From Ignavibacteriota bacterium (GTDB taxonomy: Bacteria > Bacteroidota > Ignavibacteria > UBA10030): a DNA stretch of 64,000 nt. Position 1 is the stretch's first letter. Every line of letters begins with the position of its first letter. Below the pieces are notes generated by a model. That model was not told the DNA's origin, searched no databases, and worked only from the letters and a program-made list of their open reading frames with translations. The position numbers and the translations under genes are program-made. The stretch lies in NCBI GenBank assembly GCA_963701295.1, contig OY969585.1, positions 192,001 to 256,000 on the forward strand, given 5' to 3'. Below are positions 33,190 through 42,627 of this stretch, one piece after another.

Positions 33190-33537
33190 TTGAAACAATT
33201 AGTTCTGACCACCAAATATTTAGGTGATTTTGTGGAAAAAGACAAATCAATTTATACAGTTGTTATTACTGAAGAAGCTGCAAAACTATTCAAAGATCAT
33301 GGATTTGACCTATTGCTTAATCACAGTACTAAAGGGTTCTCTTCATTCAAATGCACCACAATAGATCAACAAGGTCCATATTTGAAAATGCAAGTATTCA
33401 TTGAAAAGGCAGATGTAGTTGTCGATTTCCAGATACCTCATCATTACGTTCTTTACATTTATGGAGAGCGAGATAAAAAGATCGGTTTTTTGATTCAACA
33501 GATTGAAACTGATAAAAAGCCAATCTCTTCGCATTAG
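33190..33537 (+). CDS. Cassette 2 hypothetical protein
   Basis: 115-aa ORF just after the core site; start uncertain. Confidence 0.6.
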   Translation: MKQLVLTTKYLGDFVEKDKSIYTVVITEEAAKLFKDHGFDLLLNHSTKGFSSFKCTTIDQQGPYLKMQVFIEKADVVVDFQIPHHYVLYIYGERDKKIGFLIQQIETDKKPISSH

Positions 33538-33558
33538 CACTAGGGAACATTTCTCAAT

Positions 33559-34014
33559 ATGACTATTCGTGGTTGGATTTATATAATAACAAATAAGGCT
33601 ATGCCGGGATTATTGAAAATCGGGTATTCCACTAAAGACCCTGAATTAAGAGCCGCAGAATTAGCAAATACTGGTTCACCTCATCGATATGTCGTAGAAT
33701 ATGATGCACTTGTCAATGAGCCACGTTCAGTTGAACAAAAAATACATAGAGCTCTTGCCGACAAAAATGAAGGAAAAGAATGGTTCCGTTGTGAAGTAGT
33801 TGAAGCAATATTGGAGATTCATAGATTAATCGAAAAGAGTATCATTTTAGAAAAAATTAATAGGCAGCTTTCATTCAATTGTTCAATAAATGATTGTGGT
33901 GAGAAATCCAGTACCAAGGATGATGAAGACGGTCGGTTTTATTGTTCAAGACATTACGTGGAATTATTAAAACAAAGAATTATCACTGCGTATGTTAAAA
34001 ATCATAAAAAATAA
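33559..34014 (+). CDS. GIY-YIG (T5orf172-like) nuclease-domain protein
   Basis: GWIYIITNKAMPGLLKIGYSTKDPELRA.EL..TG.P; EQKIH; EWF; C-terminal Cys/His cluster. Confidence 0.85.
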   Translation: MTIRGWIYIITNKAMPGLLKIGYSTKDPELRAAELANTGSPHRYVVEYDALVNEPRSVEQKIHRALADKNEGKEWFRCEVVEAILEIHRLIEKSIILEKINRQLSFNCSINDCGEKSSTKDDEDGRFYCSRHYVELLKQRIITAYVKNHKK

Positions 34015-34053
34015 TCGCGCTTCTATTTATTTGGCAAAACGCAACCTAACCAG

Positions 34054-35434
34054 TTTAAAAAGGAAAGAGTCAAGTAAATAATATACTCCCGATGCGTTCC
34101 GCGCAATCGGAATGCAGAGTTCTTTAACATTAAGGACGACCGAATCCGTGCCGATGCCGCGTTCTCTATCGAATAGACAGGCGATTACCAGAGCAATGCC
34201 GTCCAAACCAGTTTACGGATTTACATTCACTCATTGAAGAAACGATGGTGAAAGCGTATCTCGTCGAGCGAGATGTTCCAGATATTACCACGGCACAGCG
34301 CACTCTCTTCCCAATCCAGCGAACGATCCCGACGCAGTCGGGATCAGTTAGGAAAGCGGGCTTGAGAGGCGCGGCCACTGCTGAGATTTATGCCGGCTGA
34401 TCGGCTGACCTTTGAGACCTTTATATATTGTTTTGTTTTTTAAGACATAGTAAACAATCTTCGCAAGTTCTTTGGCAACGACGGTTCGCGCAGTCGCCTC
34501 ATTGGAGCGACGAGCTAATTTCTGGAATAAGCGTTTGTATTCCGGATAGTACTGAATAGCATGAACAGCGGCATCGGAGAAGGCGATTTTGAGATACTTA
34601 TTGCCGTCTTTGCTGGAGCGATGGTGCACAGAGCGATTGGAGTTATCGGCAGCAGGGACGAGTCGGCAGTAAGAGACAAACTTTTTATCGGAGTCGAATC
34701 GTTCAATGCCGTCGATTTCAAGATACACCGTGAATGCGGTGAGCTTGCCGATACCTGGAATGTGCAAGAGCCGTTGAATATCGTCGTTGGGAATCAGCAC
34801 AGGATGGAGAGATTTTTCCAGCGAGAGGATCTGAGCAGTAAAAGTGTCTCTGGTATGTTGCAAGACAGCAAGTTGAAAACGATACGGATCCGGAACAGAG
34901 CCGTTAAATTTGGTCTGAATACTGTAGAGACGCAGAAGACTGGCAGTTCGTTGCTGAACGAGCCGTAGACGAATACGCATGGTATCGCGCAGGCCGCGTA
35001 GTTCTCGGCTGATTTTGTGAGCCCGTGGAATGAGTCCCTGTCGTAAGAGAAGAGCAAGAGTTTGCGAATCGACTTTATCTGTTTTAACTTTAGCATAACT
35101 GATGGCTTTGAGATATTTGGCGTGAGCAAGGACAAGCTCGATGCCGTGATCGCTGAGAAGATCGTTGAGCCAGTACCATCCTGTGGTAGACTCAACGACT
35201 GCGTGATGAGGACCGGGCAGAGAGTGGAAGTAATCAAGAACACGTTCATTGTTATTCTCGACACGTTGTCGCTTGATGACAGCACCAGTGTCATCAACAG
35301 TGGTGATAAAACAATTATCAGAATGCAAATCGATACCTGAGTAATACATGGGAATCTCCTTAGATTGTGGATGTTGGTGACCTAGAGAATTATCAATGTA
35401 CATAATCGGGAGATTCCTTTTTGGTAATATCCAG
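34054..35434 (-). mobile_element. IS110-family (IS1111-type) element in attC, copy 1 (1381 bp)
   Basis: CCAG at both junctions, sub-terminal IR AAAAAGGAA/TTCCTTTTT, long non-coding region 3' of tnp, no TSD beyond the core. Confidence 0.92.
34348..35349 (-). CDS. IS110-family DEDD transposase/recombinase
   Basis: YSGIDLH, VVESTTGWYW, KTDKVDS, IPGIG; ATG at 35349 with AGGAGA RBS. Confidence 0.93.
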   Translation of the reverse strand: MYYSGIDLHSDNCFITTVDDTGAVIKRQRVENNNERVLDYFHSLPGPHHAVVESTTGWYWLNDLLSDHGIELVLAHAKYLKAISYAKVKTDKVDSQTLALLLRQGLIPRAHKISRELRGLRDTMRIRLRLVQQRTASLLRLYSIQTKFNGSVPDPYRFQLAVLQHTRDTFTAQILSLEKSLHPVLIPNDDIQRLLHIPGIGKLTAFTVYLEIDGIERFDSDKKFVSYCRLVPAADNSNRSVHHRSSKDGNKYLKIAFSDAAVHAIQYYPEYKRLFQKLARRSNEATARTVVAKELAKIVYYVLKNKTIYKGLKGQPISRHKSQQWPRLSSPLS

Positions 35435-35619
35435 CAACTCAAGCTGACGGTTTGGGCGTTGGAGCAATCAACATGGCTAATATAGGTCTTGTGCTTAATA
35501 TTTCACTTGATAGCGTGAACTCGTTTCGTTGGTTGCATTACGAAACTTTTCAACGCCGCAGCTTAGTTGCGGTCCGTTAGGTTGCGCCTTCAATGGTTAA
35601 TTGAAAGGAATTATCCACC

Positions 35620-36285
35620 ATGAAATCCAGATTCATATCCATCCTGTTTTTCATTTATTTGTTTTTGTGCTCTTTAAGTGCCCAGAGTATTTATACTCCG
35701 GAATTAAAAGCTACGATCGATGGAATAGGCTGGAAAGGTAAGTTCACAGCAGCAGAGCTTGCAAAAACAGATTCTTCAGATGCAATTATGATAACAAAAA
35801 CTGATGGTGACGAAATCATCTGGCTCGATAATGTTACATTTACAAACGGCACTATCGAGTTTGACGCAAAAGGCAAAAGCGGTCCGCCGCAAAGTATTTT
35901 TGTTGGTGTTGCTTTCCGTGTCGTTGATCAAACTACTTATGATGCGATCTATTTTCGGCCGTTTAATTTCCTCTCTCCTAATCCCGTTAATAAAGCTCAT
36001 GCTGTCCAATATATGTCTCATCCCGATTGGACATGGAAAAGATTACGCGACGAGCACACTGGAGAATATGAAAAAGGAATCGATCCTGCTCCTAATGGCG
36101 ATGAATGGTTCCACGCAAAGATTGTAGTTCAAAAGCCTGAGATAAAAGTTTATGTAAACAGTGCGAACGATCCAAGCCTTGTAGTAAACGAATTATCCGA
36201 TAGAAAAGATGGTTCAGTCGGTCTTTGGTGTAATGGATTTGGTATAATCGCAAATCTAAAAATTGGACAACTAATCAAAAAATAG
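35620..36285 (+). CDS. Cassette 3 secreted DUF1080/LamG-like protein
   Basis: Signal peptide; FTNGTIEFD.KG, FVGVAFR, YFRPFNF, WFHAKIVV, GSVGLW. Confidence 0.7.
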   Translation: MKSRFISILFFIYLFLCSLSAQSIYTPELKATIDGIGWKGKFTAAELAKTDSSDAIMITKTDGDEIIWLDNVTFTNGTIEFDAKGKSGPPQSIFVGVAFRVVDQTTYDAIYFRPFNFLSPNPVNKAHAVQYMSHPDWTWKRLRDEHTGEYEKGIDPAPNGDEWFHAKIVVQKPEIKVYVNSANDPSLVVNELSDRKDGSVGLWCNGFGIIANLKIGQLIKK

Positions 36286-36303
36286 TGTATAAACCGAGGC
36301 GCA

Positions 36304-36461
36304 ACCTAACCAGGCGCTCAAGCCGACGGAATGAGCGTGCTACAAAATTCATGGCGAGTATAGGTTTAGATGCTTAATAATTTATTTATCAGCGTGAACT
36401 TGGTTCGTTATCAGCAATTAGAAAATATTCAGCGCCGCAGCTTAGCGCCGGTCCGTTAGGC
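36304..36461 (+). repeat. attC 3 (158 bp)
   Basis: acctaac-caggcgctcaagc...gcttagcgcc..gttaggc. Confidence 0.92.
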
Positions 36462-36485
36462 GGCAGTCAATAAAGGAGATAAAAT

Positions 36486-36893
36486 ATGAAACCAGTACCT
36501 TGGACTGAACGATTTTCCGTCGGTGTAAAAGAAATCGATCTTCAGCATCGCGGTTTGCTGGATATTGTAAATCAAGTTATCGATTCTATTGAAAAGGAGA
36601 AGGAATGGCAAACAACTTCTGCCGTTCTTGACTCTCTTATCAATTATGCCTATAACCATTTCGCAACCGAAGAACGATATATGAAGGAAGCTGAATATCC
36701 GGAATTGTTGTGGCATGTTGGGTTGCATCTTGAGTTTATAAAAAAGGTGTTTTCATTGTCTCAAGAAGTATCGCTGAAAGGACTGGAAATACAACGAGAG
36801 ATGCTCACGTTTTTAATAGAATGGTACACTAACCATGTTCTTGGAGTTGATAGGAAATATATGGCAAGTCTTTCTGCGAAAGGATTCAAATAG
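36486..36893 (+). CDS. Cassette 4 bacteriohemerythrin
   Basis: W...SVGV.EID.QH, HFATEE..M, H...H, W..NHV..VD..Y. Confidence 0.92.
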   Translation: MKPVPWTERFSVGVKEIDLQHRGLLDIVNQVIDSIEKEKEWQTTSAVLDSLINYAYNHFATEERYMKEAEYPELLWHVGLHLEFIKKVFSLSQEVSLKGLEIQREMLTFLIEWYTNHVLGVDRKYMASLSAKGFK

Positions 36894-36906
36894 ATTTAGA
36901 ACTGCC

Positions 36907-37103
36907 GCCTAACCATGCGCTCAAGCTGACCGATTGAGCGTAGGAGCAATTTGCATGGCTAATGGTGGGTTGGTATTTTTAATATTAACATTTCAGTACC
37001 TCGTTGGTTGATTGCAGGTTAATATGGTTATCAGCGCAAACTCGTTTCGTTTTGTGTATTTTGAAAATTATCAGTGCGGCAGCTTAGCACCCATCCGTTA
37101 GGC
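36907..37103 (+). repeat. attC 4 (197 bp)
   Basis: gcctaac...gttaggc with L boxes. Confidence 0.9.
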
Positions 37104-37119
37104 AGCTTTATTAATTATT

Positions 37120-38164
37120 ATGGAAGACAAACTAGTTCCATTCAATACTTTTCTTACCAATAAGGGAAGTTTTAATATTCCTCAGAAGAGAAAGAATCTT
37201 CTGTACTTTTCAGGTACAAAAACCAAAAAATGTCGGCTTTTCGGTTGGAATATCCTTGTCGTTTAATATCAGTTTAGATGATAATCCATTTACCGAGGAT
37301 AATCTTCGTGTGGAGGTCGAAAAACTCAAAGAAGAAAATATTTCCAACGATGACATATTAAAAAAGATAAAAGAGAAAATCAGAATTGATCTTGACTGTG
37401 GCAGAACTCGATCTGAAGAACCAAGCATTATTTATCTGTTACTTCCCATAATTAGACCTGCCAATATCGAAGGAGTGGATCGTCCAAATTACTATCCTTG
37501 TTATGCTCAGTTATTCCCAGAACAAAGATGGATATATCTGAATTGGCTACAAGACATTTCTAAACCTATTCCCAAGGGATATGTCTATATTTATTTTTAT
37601 GGTTTGGAACGACGAGTGTTACAAGAAGCAAATGCGGATGCCATTGATGAACTCTTATTTCTATCAGAATGTCATAACTTTATCAAAAGAGAGGCATACT
37701 CCGCTATATTGTTTGCATATTTTCGTAGCGGTAATGAGGAAATACTGAAAAAGTTATTCGAAAAAAATCTGGATTATCCTATAGACAATCTCATTTTAAT
37801 ACTTTTATACTCACTTAAAAGACCTCTCACCAGCAAACATATATTTGAATTAATCAGCCAAAGTGGTCAAATAAATAAAAGATATATAAATCTTCACCCA
37901 CAATTGTACCTCGAAGAATTAGATAAATATTTACTGAGAGTTTACAAGGAGCCTATCTATCCGTTTTACCAGTTATTCACAATTGATGAATTCCCGTTAG
38001 ACAAAATGAAAATATTTCTGAATTATTCTTTACCGGATGAAATCAGAGAAGTCGAAATATACAATATTGCTAATTATCAGAAATTCAAAAATGAAATGAT
38101 AAGTATTCACAAAACTATTCATGAAGAAATAAAAACCAGACTGAGAAAGAATAAATCGAAATAA
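37120..38164 (+). pseudogene. Cassette 5 TerB-N-domain protein, probably frameshifted near the 5' end
   Basis: YYPCY..L.PEQR..YL.WL, GYVYIYFYGLERR; ATG 37120 frame goes out of register at the A-runs ~37218-37230. Confidence 0.7.
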
Positions 38165-38168
38165 AGCT

Positions 38169-38364
38169 GCCTAACCAAGCACTCAAGCTGACCGGATGAG
38201 CGTGGGTGCTTTACGCATGGCTGATGGTGGGTTTAAGTTTTTATTATTAAGTTCTTTGTACTTCATAACATTTGTGAAATTAAATTCGTTATCAGCATGA
38301 ACTTGTTTCGTTTTCAGCAACTTGAAAGTATTCAGTGCGGCAGCTTAGTGCCCGTCCGTTATGT
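38169..38364 (+). repeat. attC 5 (196 bp)
   Basis: gcctaac-caagcactcaagc...gcttagtgc..gttatgt. Confidence 0.9.
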
Positions 38365-38647
38365 TGCACAGGCAGCGCACACAGTATGTGTTACTTGCGG
38401 GGTTGGGTAATCGCGTTCTAACGGCTTTAAGTTTTAGTTACATTGTACAGATTTAGATTTTGGTTGCTTTCTATAAGTTACGTTGTCAACAAGTTTTGTT
38501 TTGTACGAGAATAAAAGCAGTGCAAGTTAAGTTCCTCAAAAGAATCTCGGCGATGCGCTGCCTGTGCTCAGAATAATTCAAGTTTTGATGGTGGTAGCAA
38601 GTATTGTTTTGCAGAAAGTTTGTACAACAAAGAAACTATAACATAAC
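38358..38647 (+). other. Gene-less cassette 6
   Basis: No ORF >=60 aa; 14-bp IR 38366-38379/38554-38567. Confidence 0.85.
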
Positions 38648-38798
38648 CAGCAACTCAAGCTGACGGTTGGAGCTCGGTACAAAATTCATGGCGAGAAACA
38701 CACGTTATTTTTATGGCGCAAAATAGACGTGTGGCATGTTTGGTTGATTGCATGACTCGTAATTATCAACGCCGCAGCTTAGTTGCCAATCGTTATGT
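38641..38798 (+). repeat. attC 6 (158 bp)
   Basis: acataac...gttatgt. Confidence 0.92.
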
Positions 38799-39081
38799 TG
38801 CACAGGCAGCGCACACAGTATGTGTTACTTGCGGGGTTGGGTAATCGCGTTCTAACGGCTTTAAGTTTTAGTTACATTGTACAGATTTAGATTTTGGTTG
38901 CTTTCTATAAGTTACGTTGTCAACAAGTTTTGTTTTGTACGAGAATAAAAGCAGTGCAAGTTAAGTTCCTCAAAAGAATCTCGGCGATGCGCTGCCTGTG
39001 CTCAGAATAATTAAAGTTTTTTTGGTGTTAGCAAGTATTGTTTTGTTGAAAGTTTGTACAACAAAGAAACTATAACATAAC
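38792..39081 (+). other. Gene-less cassette 7 (near copy of cassette 6)
   Basis: 434-bp offset duplicate; IR 38800-38813/38988-39001. Confidence 0.85.
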
Positions 39082-39234
39082 CAGCAACTCAAGCTGACGG
39101 TTGGAACGTGGGATTTAAATTCATGGCGCTAAACACACGTTATTATTATGGCGCGAATATAGACGTGTGGCTTGGTTCGTTGATTGCATGACTCGTAATT
39201 ATCAACGCCGCAGCTTAGTTGCCATCCGTTAGGC
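39075..39234 (+). repeat. attC 7 (160 bp)
   Basis: acataac...gttaggc. Confidence 0.92.
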
Positions 39235-39257
39235 GGCATTAAATTAAGGAGGAATTT

Positions 39258-39869
39258 ATGAAACATATTTCTATCACTTTTTTATTTACAATATTATTAT
39301 TTCTAGACGGATGCGATAAAAGTAATCCAGTCGAAGTTAATCATTCACCTCAAAGTATTATCCCTCTTGTTGTTGGAAATACATGGAATTTCTCTGGAAC
39401 TTCATATGACACATTGGGTTCGGTCAATGAAATATTTGGAGAACTTTATAAAGTTAGTGGTGATACAGTTATATTTGGTAGAAAACTTACAGTATATGCT
39501 GGTCAATGCTGTGCCAATACCGATAGCGGTCTTATTGCATATTCTGGATATGGTGTTTCTTCTTTATCTCCGAACGATACAATTGTTTCTTATAGGCTAG
39601 TATACAAATATCCAACATATACCGGTGACAGATTTAACTATGATATAAGAGTGGGTAATGTTGATACAATTATAAATGTACCGGCTGGTTCATTCCATTG
39701 TATAAAATACCAGAATTATGATCCTATTTCAGGTATTCTTTATGGCGACACTTATATATCGCCTGGATTTGGTCCAGTAAAATATGTCTCATATTATGGA
39801 AGCTATTGCCAGCATAATCCATCACAATTAGAAGGAATTTCTAATCTCAATACTTACACACTTAAATAA
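39258..39869 (+). CDS. Cassette 8 lipoprotein (beta-rich, VPAG.F.C motif)
   Basis: Lipobox LDGC; PLVVGNTW.F; INVPAGSFHCIKY; PGFGPVKY. Confidence 0.8.
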   Translation: MKHISITFLFTILLFLDGCDKSNPVEVNHSPQSIIPLVVGNTWNFSGTSYDTLGSVNEIFGELYKVSGDTVIFGRKLTVYAGQCCANTDSGLIAYSGYGVSSLSPNDTIVSYRLVYKYPTYTGDRFNYDIRVGNVDTIINVPAGSFHCIKYQNYDPISGILYGDTYISPGFGPVKYVSYYGSYCQHNPSQLEGISNLNTYTLK

Positions 39870-39887
39870 AAAAATAATTACAATGCC

Positions 39888-40046
39888 GCCTAACCAGCAA
39901 CTCAAGCTGACGGTATAAGCGTGAGTACGTTAAGCATGGCGCGTAGAGGTTCAGATGTTTAATAATAAACTATTCAGCATGAACTTGTTTCGTTTTCAGC
40001 AACTTGCGGGTTATCGTTGCCGCAGCTTAGTTGCCATCCGTTAGGC
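39888..40046 (+). repeat. attC 8 (159 bp)
   Basis: gcctaac...gttaggc. Confidence 0.92.
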
Positions 40047-40252
40047 CGCGCGTGCGGTGCTCAGGTTTAGTAATTATGTTTTTAAAAAAGTTTTGTTGTT
40101 ACGAGTGTTTGAGTGCTATCTGCGTCGTGCCATTAAAATTAAGTATTCGTTTGCACCACACGCGCAAGTATCTATTTCGTTGAGTACATTTTGAGAATAT
40201 CGGTCGTTGTCTTTCGACCAATGGTGATTCAATGAAAGTCTGTTGGCCTAAC
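40040..40252 (+). other. Gene-less cassette 9
   Basis: No ORF; IR 40048-40060/40153-40165 (12/13). Confidence 0.85.
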
Positions 40253-40398
40253 CAAGCAACTCAAGCTGACAGAATGAGCGTTGGTACGTTAAGCATGGCG
40301 CTTAGAGGTTATTGTTTAAAAGATTTTATAATAAACTTATTTTGTATTCAGCAACTTGCGGCATATCAGCGCTGCAGCTTAGTTGCCGTCCGTTAGGT
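40246..40398 (+). repeat. attC 9 (153 bp)
   Basis: gcctaac...gttaggt. Confidence 0.92.
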
Positions 40399-40423
40399 GG
40401 CATTTGAACCAAAAGGAGATTCT

Positions 40424-41245
40424 ATGAATAAACATATATTTATTGCAATGTTTTTGCTATTCAATGCGATAGCTTTTTCACAACCAAACAATGATGTTAT
40501 AAATAGTCCCTTGTCTGCTGTTGCCCCTTTTGGAAATGGAGCGCTTAGTATTACCGTCAAGGATTTTCTCGAATCCTTAACCAATGCAAATAATACAATT
40601 CAATGGGAACAAGGAGATAATGCTTCTGAATGGATATTGAGAACATCAAGAGAAGATAAACTCACAAATACAGTAAACCATATATCATGGGCATTTCGTG
40701 TTTTCTCAGATACAAAAACCGGAAACACAAATACTCTTTTATATCGCATATTAATCGCTGGCAAAGAATTTAATAGAAATGAAGTGTGGGCTGTGGCCCA
40801 GAGGATTGCCCTTGAAGCCGGAGCAAAGCGAGAGAAAGAAAGAGAAATGGCAGAGGAAGAGAAGCTTAAACTTGAAAAAGAGGAACAAGAAAACACTGCC
40901 TTTTACATTTCTGGCACAGCAGATGAATTGGAAAAGGCCGGAATAATACGAAAAGAACAAGATGAAAATATATTGGGTATGTTTGCAGGTTCTTCTTGGA
41001 AACCGACATACTCCTATAGGGACTTTCCTAGTTTTAATGGTTCCGGAGGCTATAAAACATTCACAAGAATTGACATCAGAAAAAATGATCTCATTCCTTT
41101 TCCAAAGAACTTCAAAATAGTCTCAAACCATCGTGAAGAATTGTTGAAAAAAGAGAAAGAGCAAAATGATTCGCTCTATTTCAAGATAGAAAATCCCTTA
41201 AAGTTTTGGAATCTGTCTAAATTCTTAATTGTGATTGAAAAATAA
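40424..41245 (+). CDS. Cassette 10 gene A, secreted coiled-coil protein
   Basis: AAGGAG RBS, signal peptide, NTAFYI.GT..EL...GII, I.NP..FW..SKFL.V. Confidence 0.75.
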   Translation: MNKHIFIAMFLLFNAIAFSQPNNDVINSPLSAVAPFGNGALSITVKDFLESLTNANNTIQWEQGDNASEWILRTSREDKLTNTVNHISWAFRVFSDTKTGNTNTLLYRILIAGKEFNRNEVWAVAQRIALEAGAKREKEREMAEEEKLKLEKEEQENTAFYISGTADELEKAGIIRKEQDENILGMFAGSSWKPTYSYRDFPSFNGSGGYKTFTRIDIRKNDLIPFPKNFKIVSNHREELLKKEKEQNDSLYFKIENPLKFWNLSKFLIVIEK

Positions 41246-41248
41246 TAT

Positions 41249-42019
41249 ATGCCATTTATTCAAGACTGGAGTGGTTCAAATATAGAAGTAGCTCTCAGTA
41301 AGGGTGGCACACTTGCCGTTGCAAACCCTTTTTCCAATTTGCTTCTGATAAAGGGCACTTCATTTCCACCATCAGAGATACTACAGAAATTGTATGCTAG
41401 CAACCAAAGTAATGCTTTCATTGATGCTAACGCAGAAATTTCTTCTCGTTATCTTGGCTATTATTGCGATCTTCAATCAATACATAGCGAAGATGCTATA
41501 ACATGGAGTTTTTTCGGTACGCTTCTCTATGCAGAAGAAACAATTCGGAATCGCTATGTCGAAGAACTGCTTCGTCTCTTACATATTGAAGGAATCAATG
41601 TTGCATCATCACAAATATGGCTTTGGCGACGCATTCCACATCCCGATACTTTGGTTTCTGGTGGGCCAGAAATTGATTTCGGTATTCTCACTAATGATTT
41701 AGTCTTGCTGGGAGAAGCTAAATGGCTTTCTGGAGTTGGCGTTAAGCAAGGAAAGTTTAAAGACAAGGATCAATTCACTTTACGAAAAGAATTTTTTCAA
41801 AAGTTAGGACATCGCATTTTTCCATCCACTTCTCATTTTGTCCTTCTTGGCGTTAGTCTTTCTGGAAATATTTTAGATGAGAGTGACGATTCTATAAATG
41901 GAATCAAGATGCACATGCGCGACACGACATGGGAATCGCTTTCGGGCTTGTCTTCTCATCCGCTTTCGACTGATTTGAAAAAATATCTCGAATGGAAAAA
42001 GATTCATTCCAGAAAATAA
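41249..42019 (+). CDS. Cassette 10 gene B, PD-(D/E)xK nuclease-like protein
   Basis: SEDAITWSFF; PEID...GEAK. Confidence 0.7.
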   Translation: MPFIQDWSGSNIEVALSKGGTLAVANPFSNLLLIKGTSFPPSEILQKLYASNQSNAFIDANAEISSRYLGYYCDLQSIHSEDAITWSFFGTLLYAEETIRNRYVEELLRLLHIEGINVASSQIWLWRRIPHPDTLVSGGPEIDFGILTNDLVLLGEAKWLSGVGVKQGKFKDKDQFTLRKEFFQKLGHRIFPSTSHFVLLGVSLSGNILDESDDSINGIKMHMRDTTWESLSGLSSHPLSTDLKKYLEWKKIHSRK

Positions 42020-42030
42020 TTACAAATGCC

Positions 42031-42189
42031 ACCTAACCAGCGGCTCAAGCTGACCGGATGAGCGTTGGTACGTTAAGCATGGCGAGCATAAGTTTTGGTT
42101 TTTAATAATAAAGTTTTCAGCATGAACTTGTTTCGTGTGGTGTATTTTGAAAGTAATCAGTGCGGCAGCTTAGCCGCCGTCCGTTAGGG
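42031..42189 (+). repeat. attC 10 (159 bp)
   Basis: acctaac-cagcggctcaagc...gcttagccgc..gttaggg. Confidence 0.92.
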
Positions 42190-42224
42190 CGCAAGCGTCA
42201 AAAACTTAAACGGACAAACATATC

Positions 42225-42623
42225 ATGAAGAAAGAACATACAATCGTCAGAAAGCTTCTTGCAACTCAAAAATGGTCAGAGGAAACCGCACGTCTAGCCT
42301 ATCGTGCTCGCTACAAATGCGAGTATTGCGGCTTGGATCTACTTTCTTCTCCAGATATATACAGATTATGGCAAGTAGATCATATCGTTCCAAAATCTAA
42401 AGGCGGTTCAGACGCCATTTCAAATAAAGCCACTGCTTGCATGCCGTGCAACATTTACTTCAAGCGTAAGTGGAATCCAAGAAATAATGTCGGCCCCAAA
42501 GCCACGCGCAAACAATTGATTTTAGCAGTTCAACAATATGTTCGAGAAAAGAAAGCGGAAACAGAGAAAGAACTAATTGAAGTCCATCAAATTGTCGGAT
42601 ACAATAAAAAGCTTGCGCCCTAA
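42225..42623 (+). CDS. Cassette 11 HNH endonuclease
   Basis: CEYCG, DHIVPKSKGG, N...AC..CN..K; stop codon lies inside R''. Confidence 0.9.
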   Translation: MKKEHTIVRKLLATQKWSEETARLAYRARYKCEYCGLDLLSSPDIYRLWQVDHIVPKSKGGSDAISNKATACMPCNIYFKRKWNPRNNVGPKATRKQLILAVQQYVREKKAETEKELIEVHQIVGYNKKLAP

Positions 42624-42627
42624 CCAG

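Larger units (their letters stand above)
34044..35582 (+). repeat. attC 2, interrupted by IS (158 bp reconstituted)
   Basis: acctaaccag|IS|caactcaagctg...gttaggt. Confidence 0.9.

Noticed and set aside
35350-35442. N-terminal extension of the IS transposase (also 43924-44016) and ORF starts at 44874, 40397 and 51646
   Set aside because: These starts lie in attC, IS-end or terminal-stem sequence; downstream ATGs with RBS fit better.
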